A DNA stretch of 63,319 nucleotides, the filler included, from Octopus bimaculoides (Eukaryota): assembly GCF_001194135.2 (NCBI RefSeq). It is 7 parts of 7 records of this genome, joined end to end, with 100 filler letters (N's around TTAATTAATTAA, not from the genome) between each part and the next. Parts side by side here need not be neighbours in the genome. Positions count along the whole stretch, not along the records: positions 37,644 to 49,132 come from NC_068994.1; positions 49,233 to 50,735 come from NW_026365796.1; positions 50,836 to 52,514 come from NC_068982.1; 4 more parts are not named here. The stretch is one strand, 5' to 3'. The notes below the pieces were generated by a model, which had not been told where the DNA came from, did no database searches, and saw nothing but the letters and a program-made list of their open reading frames with translations. Shown here piece by piece: positions 39,206 through 50,866 of this stretch (position 1 is the stretch's first letter; each line of letters starts with the position of its first letter). Position numbers and translations under genes: made by a program.

Positions 39206-40279
39206 TCTAAAGAGGGAGGGAAAGATAGATATACTTTCAAATAGTTTCGAATGCAGATTTCACCGTTTTATACAAATCTTTTTACACCTTCATATCTACA
39301 TGTATTCATGTCTTTACACATACATTAATGCTCTCTCTCTTACACACACATACACAGCTGATCACCGAAAATAGAATATCCGCAACAATGTATGCTTGAT
39401 GTAAAATGTGTGTGTGTATGAGAGAGACAGATAGATGTTGGTCTCTGAAATATATGGTTCCAACACAAGTACTTAGCTATCGGCAAAATTACTATAGGTG
39501 GTTGTTGTGTGGTAATAACGACGGCGACGGCAAAGTAAATGCTTTTTTTTTTTTCTTTTTTACTAACGCACGTAACACAAGACAAGTTCACTTGATACCT
39601 TTCACCAACTATATTAACTTCCTTGTCATCTTTTCAATCGCAGCCGATTTTTTTCTGTAGCTTTTCATCCTTTTTTTTATTCATTTATTTATTTTCTTCT
39701 ATTGTTTCCTCATTTACCTGCAACATCATTCATTTTGTCTGTGGCTGTCAGGAATCATAAGCTGACACTGTTTTTGAAGAGATGCCATATTACACGGAAA
39801 CGTTTCTCAGCAATTTACCAGAAACACTGAAAATTATGTTGTCCATATTAGTAGCGTAATATCAGCAATTTATGCTATATCTGGCGAGAGAAATTTTTCG
39901 CCAGGCATTTATTTACTAGAGACAATTTTTCGAATGTTTCAAACTTAAGAGTGAATAATGACTGATGAAATTTTACAGATTAAAGGCTTCTGAAAAACAA
40001 AATTCAAATGGAGTGGAAGAGGATTGAAATGTTATCGAAACGAATAATTTTAAGTGCAAGAAAATGATATGTATGTGTGACTGTAATTTACGTTCTACAC
40101 AGTTCCATTGTAGACGTGCAATTATGGAAATGTAATTTATATATCATGACGGTTTAAAGATTGCTAGCTGGCTGCTCCTCCTTACTGCCTTGGTTCTCAT
40201 GAAGAGATACGTTGTGATATGTCATCTAGAATTATGTCTGTCACATCAGCATTGCAGATATTTCTTTATTAATATTGGA

Positions 40280-41040
40280 AGGCAGCGAGCTGGCAGAATT
40301 GTTGGCAGACTAGATAAAATCTCTGAGCGGTGTTTCGACTGTCTTTATGTTCTGAGCTCGAATTCCGCCGAGGTCTACTTTGCTTTCATCATTTTGGTGT
40401 AGATGGAATAAGTACTAGTTGAGTACTCGGGCCGATTGAGAAAAAAATACCAGTTGAGCACTTGAGCCGATTGAGAAAAAAATACCAGTTGAGTACTCGG
40501 GCCGATTGAGAAAAAAATACCAGTTGAGTACTCGGGCCGATTGAGAAAAAAATACCAGTTGAGTACTCGGGCCGATTGAGAAAAAAATACCAGTTGAGTA
40601 CTCGGGCCGATTGAGAAAAAATACCAGTTGAGTACTCGGGCCGATTGAGAAAAAAATACCAGTTGAGCACTGGGGTCGATGACAGCGACTAATCCCAACA
40701 CCAAGAATTTCAGACTTTGTGCCGATAGCAGAAAGAATTATGTTTTCGTCTGTTTTTATGATCTAAGCCCAAATTGCCTTTTGTCCTTTCGGGGTCGATG
40801 AAAATAACAGTTGAGTACTGGGGGTTGATGTAATCAACTAACCCACTCACCCACCCATATAAAAATTCAGGCCTTGTACCTATAGTAGAAAGGATTATTA
40901 TTGAAGGCGACGAGCTGGCAGAATTGTTAACCGCGCCAGACAGAAAGTGCTTGGCGGCATTTCTCCTGGATCAATGCTAGTTGAACACCGGGACCGGTGT
41001 GATCGACTTACTTCTTCTAAAATTGCTGCATTTGTCACAC
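40280..41040 (+). mobile_element. cluster of three tandem family A SINEs
   Basis: Head or head-remnant sequence at ~40283, ~40725 and ~40905, each followed by family A body or tail sequence. Confidence 0.75.
40417..40660 (+). repeat. 35-bp minisatellite, 7 units, inside a family A SINE
   Basis: AGTTGAGTACTCGGGCCGATTGAGAAAAAAATACC starts at 40417, 40452, 40487, 40522, 40557, 40592 and 40626; the SINE resumes at 40661. Confidence 0.95.
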
Positions 41041-41230
41041 GAAATCAAGCTGTCTCCACCTACATAGATATACATAGTGACACAGGCAAGGTAACGCGTA
41101 CAAAGATGAGCAGACGCATTGAATCTGGCTGGCACTTACCTACATAAATACACATACACATTTATACAAACTAAATCAAGCAGGTACTCACCTACATAAA
41201 TAGATATACTGAATCAGACAGGTAACCCCT

Positions 41231-41688
41231 ATTTTCTTTTATCTTTTACATGTTTCGATCATTTGACTGCGGCCATGCTGGGACAACGTCTTGGAGAATT
41301 TTTAATCGAATGAATGGACCCTAGTACATTTTGTTTTAAATCTGGTACTTATTTTATCGGTCCCTTATTTTATCGGTCTCTTATGCCGAACCGCTAAGTT
41401 ACGAGGACGTAAACACCAACACTGGTGGTCAGGCGGTGGTGGGACACACACACACACTCACTCACTCTCTCACTCTCTCACGCGTGTTCACTCGCTCACA
41501 CATACATATATACACACACACACATACACAATGGACTTCTTTCAGTTTCCGTCAACCATAACCACTCACAAGGCTTTGGTCGGCCTGAGGCTATAGTAGT
41601 GGACACTTGCTCATGGTGCCACGCAGTGGGACTGAATCTGTAACCATGTGGTTGAGAATCAAGCTTCTTACCACATAGCCACGCCTCA
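41231..41688 (-). mobile_element. SINE family B, full length
   Basis: Complete reverse-complement head, body and tail. Confidence 0.9.
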
Positions 41689-42010
41689 TACACAGTGAAT
41701 TGGACATCACCTATATAAACACATATACGCACACTAAATCATGCAGGCACCCTACTAAGTTTCAAAAGGCATCTGCCCATACAGTGGAGTAGCTTGAGTG
41801 TGTGCCGCCGAGACAGCCTTTGGGTTTTCCGCCCTCTCTTCGCGCATATACAGCAAATACAAAAATGCTGTCCCCATATAATTGTCTTCCGGAGCGGACC
41901 CATCCTGCACCATTGCCTCCCCGTCACCAATATATGCAATCAAACAGTTACACAGGTGTAAATATGTTGTCAAAGAGGTGACAACCTGGCATGCTATCGT
42001 TAATATAAAA

Positions 42011-42272
42011 CAGGGGTCCTCAACCATTTTTTTTGTTTATGGACCCCTTTGATATTTTTTTTTTATTCTGGTGGACCCTCCCCCGCCCTATTCGATGCTT
42101 AAAAGCTAGTTTTATAGAAATTCCTTTCAAAATTCCTAGTTTTGTTTTTTTACACATTCACTTATGTAGGTCGAACTATGTAAAATAACCTAGCTGTTTC
42201 TTGCAATACACACATCTAAAGCAAAATTTTCCAGGGGACCTTAAAATACTACTGTGGACCCAATTTACTATT
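42011..42272 (+). mobile_element. hAT-like (Charlie-type) non-autonomous element, left end; runs into a gap
   Basis: CAGGGGTCCTCAACC terminus and repeated TGGACCC subterminal motifs. Confidence 0.5.
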
Positions 42273-44374
42273 NNNNNNNNNNNNNNNNNNNNNNNNNNNN
42301 NNNNNNNNNNNNNNNNNNNNNNNNNNNNNNNNNNNNNNNNNNNNNNNNNNNNNNNNNNNNNNNNNNNNNNNNNNNNNNNNNNNNNNNNNNNNNNNNNNNN
42401 NNNNNNNNNNNNNNNNNNNNNNNNNNNNNNNNNNNNNNNNNNNNNNNNNNNNNNNNNNNNNNNNNNNNNNNNNNNNNNNNNNNNNNNNNNNNNNNNNNNN
42501 NNNNNNNNNNNNNNNNNNNNNNNNNNNNNNNNNNNNNNNNNNNNNNNNNNNNNNNNNNNNNNNNNNNNNNNNNNNNNNNNNNNNNNNNNNNNNNNNNNNN
42601 NNNNNNNNNNNNNNNNNNNNNNNNNNNNNNNNNNNNNNNNNNNNNNNNNNNNNNNNNNNNNNNNNNNNNNNNNNNNNNNNNNNNNNNNNNNNNNNNNNNN
42701 NNNNNNNNNNNNNNNNNNNNNNNNNNNNNNNNNNNNNNNNNNNNNNNNNNNNNNNNNNNNNNNNNNNNNNNNNNNNNNNNNNNNNNNNNNNNNNNNNNNN
42801 NNNNNNNNNNNNNNNNNNNNNNNNNNNNNNNNNNNNNNNNNNNNNNNNNNNNNNNNNNNNNNNNNNNNNNNNNNNNNNNNNNNNNNNNNNNNNNNNNNNN
42901 NNNNNNNNNNNNNNNNNNNNNNNNNNNNNNNNNNNNNNNNNNNNNNNNNNNNNNNNNNNNNNNNNNNNNNNNNNNNTATTATTTTTGTATTATTAAAAAT
43001 TTAAAAAAATAACTCAAGATATTTTTTGCACTTTAAAGAAATTCATTTTTTAAAATTATTAATGAATAATTAAAAATTTGAAAATAGGTTATAAAAAATA
43101 TTAATACATAATTAGTTAGTACAATGAATAGAATAATAAAAAAAAGTTATATATTACAGTAAAATCTACCTATAACAACAAATTCACAGTAAAATTTGCT
43201 TGAGTTATTGCCAAGTCTTCACAGTTTTAGTCTTGACCCAATGCCTATTTTTTTTACATAATGAATTTGCCTACCATATACACTATTCTACTTTGCATAA
43301 AGCTTTAGCTATATTGGTACTTCTGGCTCTTATTTTTAAGTATTCTAGTGTGTCAATATTTTAACAAAATGATGGTACCTTTTTAAAATATAATGTTGCT
43401 TCGTAAATTAAAATCAAATAACTTTTAATTTTCAAATTTTATCCTTAGCTGCAATATTTTAAGTAAAAATTGTCTTGTTCTGTACTTTACCAGATGTAAT
43501 AAGTTGTCCTAAACTTTTCCAAGTGTAATAACTTGTCCTGTAATTTTCCGGGTTTATAATCTTATATTATTTCTCTTGCTCGCATTTTTCCATGTAATCC
43601 ATGTTTTTTTCCAGGCTATGATATTATGCTAATTAATAATGTGTCAAATGTGTCAATTAGCGGTGTCGTTGATAATTTCTCCTTACCTCAATGATGCCGG
43701 TGACATATTAAAAGTCCCTTATAGAACTATATTCATAAAAAAGTATAGAACTATATTATTACCCTCAAATTTGAGAAACAAACACTCATAACTATTTTCT
43801 TTTAAAACTTCATTGCATAAGATTGATACCATGAAATTCCTCGAATTGAGCTTTATTACAATATAGTTACATTTAATTACAATATAATTACATTTAAGCT
43901 TAATTTAAATATAGTTTGTTTTTAAAATAAAGTTATTATACTTAAATCCAATTTTTTGCCTTACTCATATTTTTTCATGATATTTTATCTCTCAACTTTG
44001 ATGCAAATTTTTGTTGCATGGGAACAAAACTATGAAATTCTTCATGCGTTCTTTTATCATTGAAGCTAAGATAAATATATTTTGCATTTAAAATAAAATA
44101 AAAGCTATTTTGATCTAAACATGATTGGTGGCATTACTTACTCTCTTATAACGTTGCTAAACATTTTGATGTAAACTTTTTTTCTACTGAATCAGATCAC
44201 AATTATGTTATGCTAGAATGTAGCTAGGGATGAGTCCTCTTCAAAAATATCAAGTTTTCAATTTGGCTAAGAACTGAATTAGCGACAATCTCTGAAATAT
44301 GCTGCGTGTGAGTCAATTGCGGCTTTAAGAATATTCAACTACTACCGTAGTTGAATAATATATAATGTGTGTAT

Positions 44375-45180
44375 GTGTTTTTTTTTCTACTCACCGCTTG
44401 AAAATCGGTGTTGGTTTGTTTACGTCCCTGTAACTAAGTGATTTTGGTGACGTGGCTGATGAAATAAGTCCCATACTTTAATAATAAAAAATAAGTACTG
44501 AGATCGATTTGTGCGACCAAAACCTTCAAGGTCGTGCCCCAGCATGGCCGCAGTCGAGTGAGTGAAACAAGCAAAAGATAAAGATAATGAAGATATATAT
44601 TCCACATAGATTATAAACAAATGGCCTCCAATCGTGAGGGGTCATTTGTTTATAATCTATGCGGAATATAAATAGAAGTTACTTCATTTCTGTAACACAT
44701 CCTGCTGTTCGTATAGATGCAGAAGACCTATGAACTAGGTGTTCCAGGTGTGGAGCCGGCGCTAGGCATAAGGCAAACAAGGCGATTGCTTAAGAAATTA
44801 AAATCTGGTGGCGAGGAACCAGAAAATTAAAGAAACCTATGTAAAAAAAAATACCGTATTTTACTTTGGCCTGCGTAGCGCCTTGGGCAAGCGGCTCCTA
44901 TAGTTCTGGGCTGACCAATGCCTTGTAAGTGAATTTTTGAATTTGGTAAGCAGAAACTGTGGAAGCCTGTCGTGTATACATGTGTGTGTGTGTGTCCCCA
45001 CTATGGCTTGACAACCAGTGTTGGTTTGCTTACGTCCCTGTAATTCAGCACCAAGGCAAAAAGGACCGTTCGAATAAGTACCAAACTTCAGAACCAAGTA
45101 TTTTGGTCGATTTTTTCGACTAAACCTTTTAACATGGTGCCCCAGCATGGCTGCACTCCAATAACTGAAACAAGTAAAAT
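44375..45180 (+). mobile_element. two SINE family B fragments (44375-44590 and 44870-45180)
   Basis: Family B 3' halves with CCCAGCATGG..ACTGAAACAAG-type tails. Confidence 0.8.
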
Positions 45181-46286
45181 GATGAAAGTATTATTAAAAC
45201 TACTAATCCTCAGTTGTATTTAGCAAATAGCCATGATTGGTAGATGGGGTCACTATTTATAGGACTTGTTTAGAGTGCTGAATACCTCGGTACTGGTTCT
45301 GTTTTATATGTGACCATTTGTGTATATTATAAGAGGGTAGGGTGTTATTAGCAGTATATTTGGTTATCATATTTGGTTATTTCGGAACTAACGCGTAGAT
45401 TCCTTGATAGCTTGTACCCTCATCTTCTTGAAGGAAACAAGTGCAGTGACAGAGCTAGTATAGCTACCTCGCCCTCACTCTACTTATTACCCTACTGAAC
45501 AATTGTTTCCATGGTTGGTATTTGTTTCAATGTGTTTCGATGAGTGTGTTTGTCTGCTTCTGTGTATTTGGTCGTTTGCGAATCTGTTGTGTCCGTATGT
45601 ATTGTCTTGTGTGTATGTAGTTGTACATGTCTCACTAGGATTTGGTGTGTATATAGGTGGTTGAACATATTTAACTGTTCTGTCAGTGTTTATGTGCTTA
45701 TGTGAATACGGTTGTATATGAAACTCTGTGTCTGTGCATCTTCATATTTATTTCGTTGTAAAATGTGTCACTATAGAAATTCTGCGTGTGTGTTAGTTTG
45801 AAACGAGATATTCTTTCATCTTCCTATACCGTTCAATTAAAACCAGTTACTAAAATTAGTTATTAAACCCCCTAGTCAAATGCCTAGCAACCTGTTAACT
45901 AGCATACCAACCAGTCGACAAGCTCGTCTACCAATTAACCAGCCAACAAACAGACCAGCCATCCAACCAATCTACCAACACGCCAGCTAACTAACCATCC
46001 AACTAACCGAACAGACAACCAGTTAACCAGCCAAACACTCGAGGCACAATTTCTAATCTACATCAGCATTATAAATTCATTTGGAGACGACAGCAGCCAC
46101 AATAACAACAACAACCACAAATAGTGTTGATTACTTTTTTAACGTGTGTGAAATATCTACTAATGATCTATTTCGATAATTTATTTAAGAACTTTTTAAT
46201 ATTTTTTGTTTATTTTTTTATACTTAGTTTTCAGTCAGATAAAAGAGATAATTAGATTTCACGTTTTAATTACTCTTATTATTGTT

Positions 46287-46800
46287 GGTGAGCTTGCAGA
46301 ATTGTTAGCACGGTGGACAAAATGCATGGCGGTATTTCATCCTCCTCTTTACGTTCTGAGTTCAAATTCCACTGAGATCGACTTTGTCTTTCATCTTATA
46401 GGGGTCGATAAAAGTACCAGTTGAGTACTGGGGTCAATGTAATATATGTATCTGAAGTAAAACAATTTTTTCATGGCCCATAAAAATACTAACTTTGATC
46501 TCCAATTTGCTATTTTGCTTGCATGGAACTCCCAAAAGTCTTATATGGATCGTCAGGGATCATATGGGCCCCTTCCCCAAAATTCAGGCTTTGTACCTAT
46601 AGTAGAATGAATTTTTATTAGTGTGGTGTATTGGCAGAATCGTTAGAGCGTCGGACAAAGTATGTTGCGGTATTTTTCAGGCCTTTTTACACTCTTGCAG
46701 AAGTCAACTTCGCCTTTAATTTTTTGCGGAGGCTATGAAATAAGATACTTGTCTAGTTTTGTAATCGACTTGCCCCTGCTCCCAAAATAGCCTATAGTAG
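46287..46800 (+). mobile_element. two family A SINEs in tandem
   Basis: Heads at ~46287 and ~46622; core GGGGTCGATAAAAGTACCAGTTGAGTACTGGGGTC. Confidence 0.75.
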
Positions 46801-47230
46801 AAGAGATTATCATTGTTATTTCGTTTGATTTCCATTTTATTTCATCTTCCGGCCGGGTCTCAACCAGGCACGTATATTTTAGATGGAGAGAAAGTTCTTG
46901 AGAAGGTGAGCGGTTGATATCAGCATAATTCTTTGAACCTCGTAGATTGTCGGTTTCCCTGAGATCTGGACAAAAAAGTTGTCGGCACCTTTCTTTATCC
47001 TCCCCAGGAAATGCACAACAGGGATGGTTTTGGTTCTTAATTGCCACATCCTAATATCTTAATCTCAAGGTCCTTAAATTTCTAGATTTTTCAAATTCTT
47101 TTGCAAAGACATTTATATCAATAAGCACTGACATATCAATTAGCAGGCATGTTTTTCGTCTTACGTCTTTGATGACGATATCTGGCCTGTAAACATTTAT
47201 TTTTGCCTGCCTATATGTATCCCATTACAC
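46800..47230 (-). pseudogene. R4/Dong-clade LINE 3' end: restriction-like endonuclease domain plus 3' UTR
   Basis: Minus strand from 47224: WDTYRQAKINVYRPDIVIKDVRRKTCLLIDMSVLIDINVFAKEFEK /fs/ KFKDLEIKI /fs/ RMWQLRTKTIPVV..LGRIKKG...EVQRIMLISTAHLLKNFLSI* (stop 46879-46881). RPD..D..K is the PD-(D/E)xK RLE motif. Confidence 0.85.
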
Positions 47231-47316
47231 ACTAGTGTTTCAGGCACCAAATATTTTCTTATACGATTAACATAGAAAAATTTTTAAATTGGTTCGATTT
47301 ACCACCAAGGGTAAAT

Positions 47317-47778
47317 GGATGAAAGGCCTTAGCGAGATCTGAACACAGAACGTAAAGCGCCAGAAGAAATGCCCCTCAGCATTTTGTCCGCCGTGCTAAC
47401 GACTCTGCCGGGTCACTGCCCAAGGGAATGCAATAATTTGGTGAAAGAAACCGCTGATGTACATTCACGAGGTTAGTAAGTGTTGCTGTCCGTGCTCTTG
47501 AATAATATATCCTGTTTATGACAGATAAACAGGATATATAAACACGTCAAATATTGTGAAAAAATTATTATCTTTCTTTGTAATACCTACGGTAACTAGA
47601 TATTACACACACACATATACGACGGGCTTCCACATAGTTGCCAGTTAGGAAAAACCAGATTCATTCACAAGGCATTGATCAGCCTGAGGCCTATAGAAGA
47701 CACCTAACCAATGTACCTCGCAGTGGGACTGAACCCAGAACTATGTGGTTGCAAAGCTAGCTTCTTAACCACACACCT
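47317..47778 (-). mobile_element. family A fragment (47317-47420) and family B 5' half (47620-47778)
   Basis: Reverse-complement heads of both families. Confidence 0.7.
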
Positions 47779-48619
47779 ATATGTGTGTGCGCGCGCGCTC
47801 TTGTATGTGCAAGGCGGGATTCAGACCCATAGAGGCCCTAAGTACATAAAAGATTTTGGTGCCCCACATATATGGTATTCAAAACAGAAAATAATAATAG
47901 TAATCCATAAAATAAAGTTTCCCCTTCGAATATTATTTTAACAAGTTTAAAGTGATTTCTTTTGTGACGTAAACCATTTCCCATGATGCCCTAAGCACGT
48001 GCTTATTTTGCTTAATGATTAATCCAGTGTTGTGTGTGTGTGTGTGTGTGTGTGTGTAAGTGTATCTCAGCATGTCATCGTTGTCAATGGGAGTAAGCGG
48101 AACATTCCAAGCGAGGCCAGTTGATACTCCGAATGTAAGCTGATGCCAAGAGTAAAAAGGAGAGAAAATTGTTCTCTCTCGTTGCAGACTTTAAACCACA
48201 TTTAACCCATCTCGTGGAAGAATTCGCAACAATTTAACCTCGCCTCCATCCACCCCACTTTACCTGTCTCAGGTGTAAATGGCTCACTACCTGTAATCAA
48301 TAACTCATTCACATTTCATAACAAATTTTTATTGTTATTTTTTCGTATTTTGGAAAGATTTGGGCGATGGGTGGGGAAGAAGGAATGACGTTATTTCTTT
48401 CTTTATTTATTTTTATTTATACATATTTTTTTGCTTGAAATTGATGTAGTTCTTTCATTTGTCCTGTCTGTTTCTTCTCTCTCTCTTCTTTACTTTCTCT
48501 TTTTCTGTTACTCATTGACACCACGCGCACGCACGCGCGTTCCTTCTATTTTACTCTGAAATTCTCTCATACCAAACACCTTTTCTTACTTTCATTCACT
48601 CTCACATTTATTTTCTCAC

Positions 48620-49132
48620 TCCCTCAGTCATTAACTCACACGCATTCTCACTCTCACTCACTTCTTCTCACTCCCTCACTCACTCTCATTCATTCGCTCA
48701 CTCTCTCTTACTCACTCACTCTTACTCACTCACTCTTACTCACTCACTCTTACTCACTCACTCTTACTCGCTCACTTATACTCACTCGCTCACTTATACT
48801 CACTCGCTCACTCTTACTCACTCGCTCACTCTAACTCACTCGCTCACTCTTACTCTCTCACTCACTCGCTCACTCACTCACTCTTACTCATTCATTCACT
48901 TGCATTCTCTCATTCATTCATTCACTCACTCTCTCTTTCTCACTGTCACACTCACTCACACGCACTCTCTCACGCACTCTCTCTCACACACACTCTCACG
49001 CACTCTCTCTCTCTCATTCACACACACACACACACACACTCTCTCACACACACACTCTCTCTCTCTCTCTCACGCACGCACACACTCACGCATGCACACA
49101 CTCTCACAGACACACTCTCACGCACTCTCTCT
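48620..49132. repeat. (CTCA)-based minisatellite with 14- and 18-bp sub-units, grading into (CT)/(CA)
   Basis: ACTCACTCACTCTT and ACTCACTCGCTCACTTAT units seen directly. Confidence 0.85.
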
Positions 49133-49232
49133 NNNNNNNNNNNNNNNNNNNNNNNNNNNNNNNNNNNNNNNNNNNNTTAATTAATTAANNNNNNNNNNNN
49201 NNNNNNNNNNNNNNNNNNNNNNNNNNNNNNNN

Positions 49233-49503
49233 AATCAGAGGACTGCAATCAGAAAACAAACGTTGCAAAGCGTTTAGAGTGGGGTAAAAAAAAACCTATA
49301 GAATTGGTCCCTAGAGCTGTGGAAGAATGTTATTTTCTCAGACGAGTCGAACTTTACCTTATTTCCAATCACCGGCCGAGTATACGTGTGGAGACAGACA
49401 AAAGAAGCAATAGACCTGTACTACCTTCTTCCAGCTGTTAAACATGGAAGAGGTTCTGTGATGATCTGGTGGGGCGGGGCTATATCTTGGAAATCCGCCG
49501 GCA
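49233..49503 (+). pseudogene. Tc1-family transposase fragment (first catalytic Asp region)
   Basis: ..AKRLEW.. /fs/ LWKNVIFSDESNFTLFPITGRVYVWRQTKEAIDLYYLLPAVKHGRGSVMIWWGGAISWKSAG, the standard W..V.FSDES..KHG.GSVM.WG motif. Confidence 0.9.
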
Positions 49504-50501
49504 GTGGAAGAATGTTATTTCCTCACGGGCCATACTTTCAAACCCACCATTGTAAATACAAACATAACGTGTATTTATATGTAAACAAAATAAGTACCCC
49601 TGCCTGAATTTATCCTTCCTAAAAAAATTCATCCTTAGAACGAATATACCTACCTATCCACCACTGGACAAAATAACATGAAACTTGGAAGGCAACACTT
49701 GAAGTCTATGACTTATTTCTCTTTCCTATACCTAATCCTATTAGTAGCTGACTCTTGTATGTATCGGCTCTCCTAACCATTTAGACCCTCTGATGAAGCC
49801 TAGAGGCACACTCAACATCCAAACTCTATCTACCCATTCCTACAGAACATTGAAGAGATGGAGCTACCATGGAGGATATCGTGGCCTCTTGGCAGAAATG
49901 GCCGTAAGGAACTGATCTTTTAATCTTTTACTGTTTTATGTATTACTAGTATATATTTGTATAGCACACAGTCTTTGCATGTGTATGTATTCTTATAATA
50001 CTCCCTTTGTTTTGGAATAAATAGACATAATAGAATATCTACCGGCTGATGTATGTTTTTTTTTATCCTCTCTATTTTCTTTTTGCCGTATATATATATA
50101 TATATATATATATTTTTAAATGAGGCAGCTAGTTCGCAGATTTTCACCAAAAAGGAAAACAATAAATGTCATTAAATATGACTGAGGTTGTTACAGCACT
50201 TACACTGCTTTAAGTATATTCATAAATCAAGGGTTGAACAGAGAGAACACAAAGAGAAAAACACAGCAAGCGGAAAACCAACAAAAAAAAAGAACAACAC
50301 ACGGAAAACTAGACGATAACATAACAAACAGGAAACTGGACAAAAACAGGACACATGAGACATTTGCAGCCGATTTCCTCCTCAGTCAATGTCCAGAATG
50401 TCCAAGCAGTTTCACACTTTTTAACATTGAGACTGCTCAATTCCTTCAAGCCACCAGGACATTAAGCTTCTGTCTGTCTGAAAATATATTTTTGGATTTA
50501 C

Positions 50502-50548
<47 letters not shown>

Positions 50549-50835
50549 ATATATATATATATACATATATGTATATATGTGTGTATTTCGTTTTTGGATT
50601 TGGTTTGCAAGATTCTTTATGTGAGTTCGTGTGTTGAAGCATATTCTGTTGTATCTGGGGAGAGTCATTCTCTTTTAATGCCTTGTTATTTAACACACTC
50701 ACCGATAAAGTTTCCACTCATTTACTTATTTATTTNNNNNNNNNNNNNNNNNNNNNNNNNNNNNNNNNNNNNNNNNNNNTTAATTAATTAANNNNNNNNN
50801 NNNNNNNNNNNNNNNNNNNNNNNNNNNNNNNNNNN

Positions 50836-50852
<17 letters not shown>

Positions 50853-50866
<14 letters not shown>

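Noticed and set aside
39962-39990. CTGATGA...GAAA hammerhead-like match
   Set aside because: There is no pairable stem II or stem I.
40417-40660. CRISPR-like array of 35-bp repeats
   Set aside because: The units are contiguous with no unique spacers, derive from the surrounding SINE, have no cas genes nearby, and the context is eukaryotic.
48170-48270. Strong-looking splice acceptor TTGTTCTCTCTCGTTGCAG
   Set aside because: All three downstream frames hit stops within ~50 nt and there is no good donor. It cannot be supported as a coding exon.
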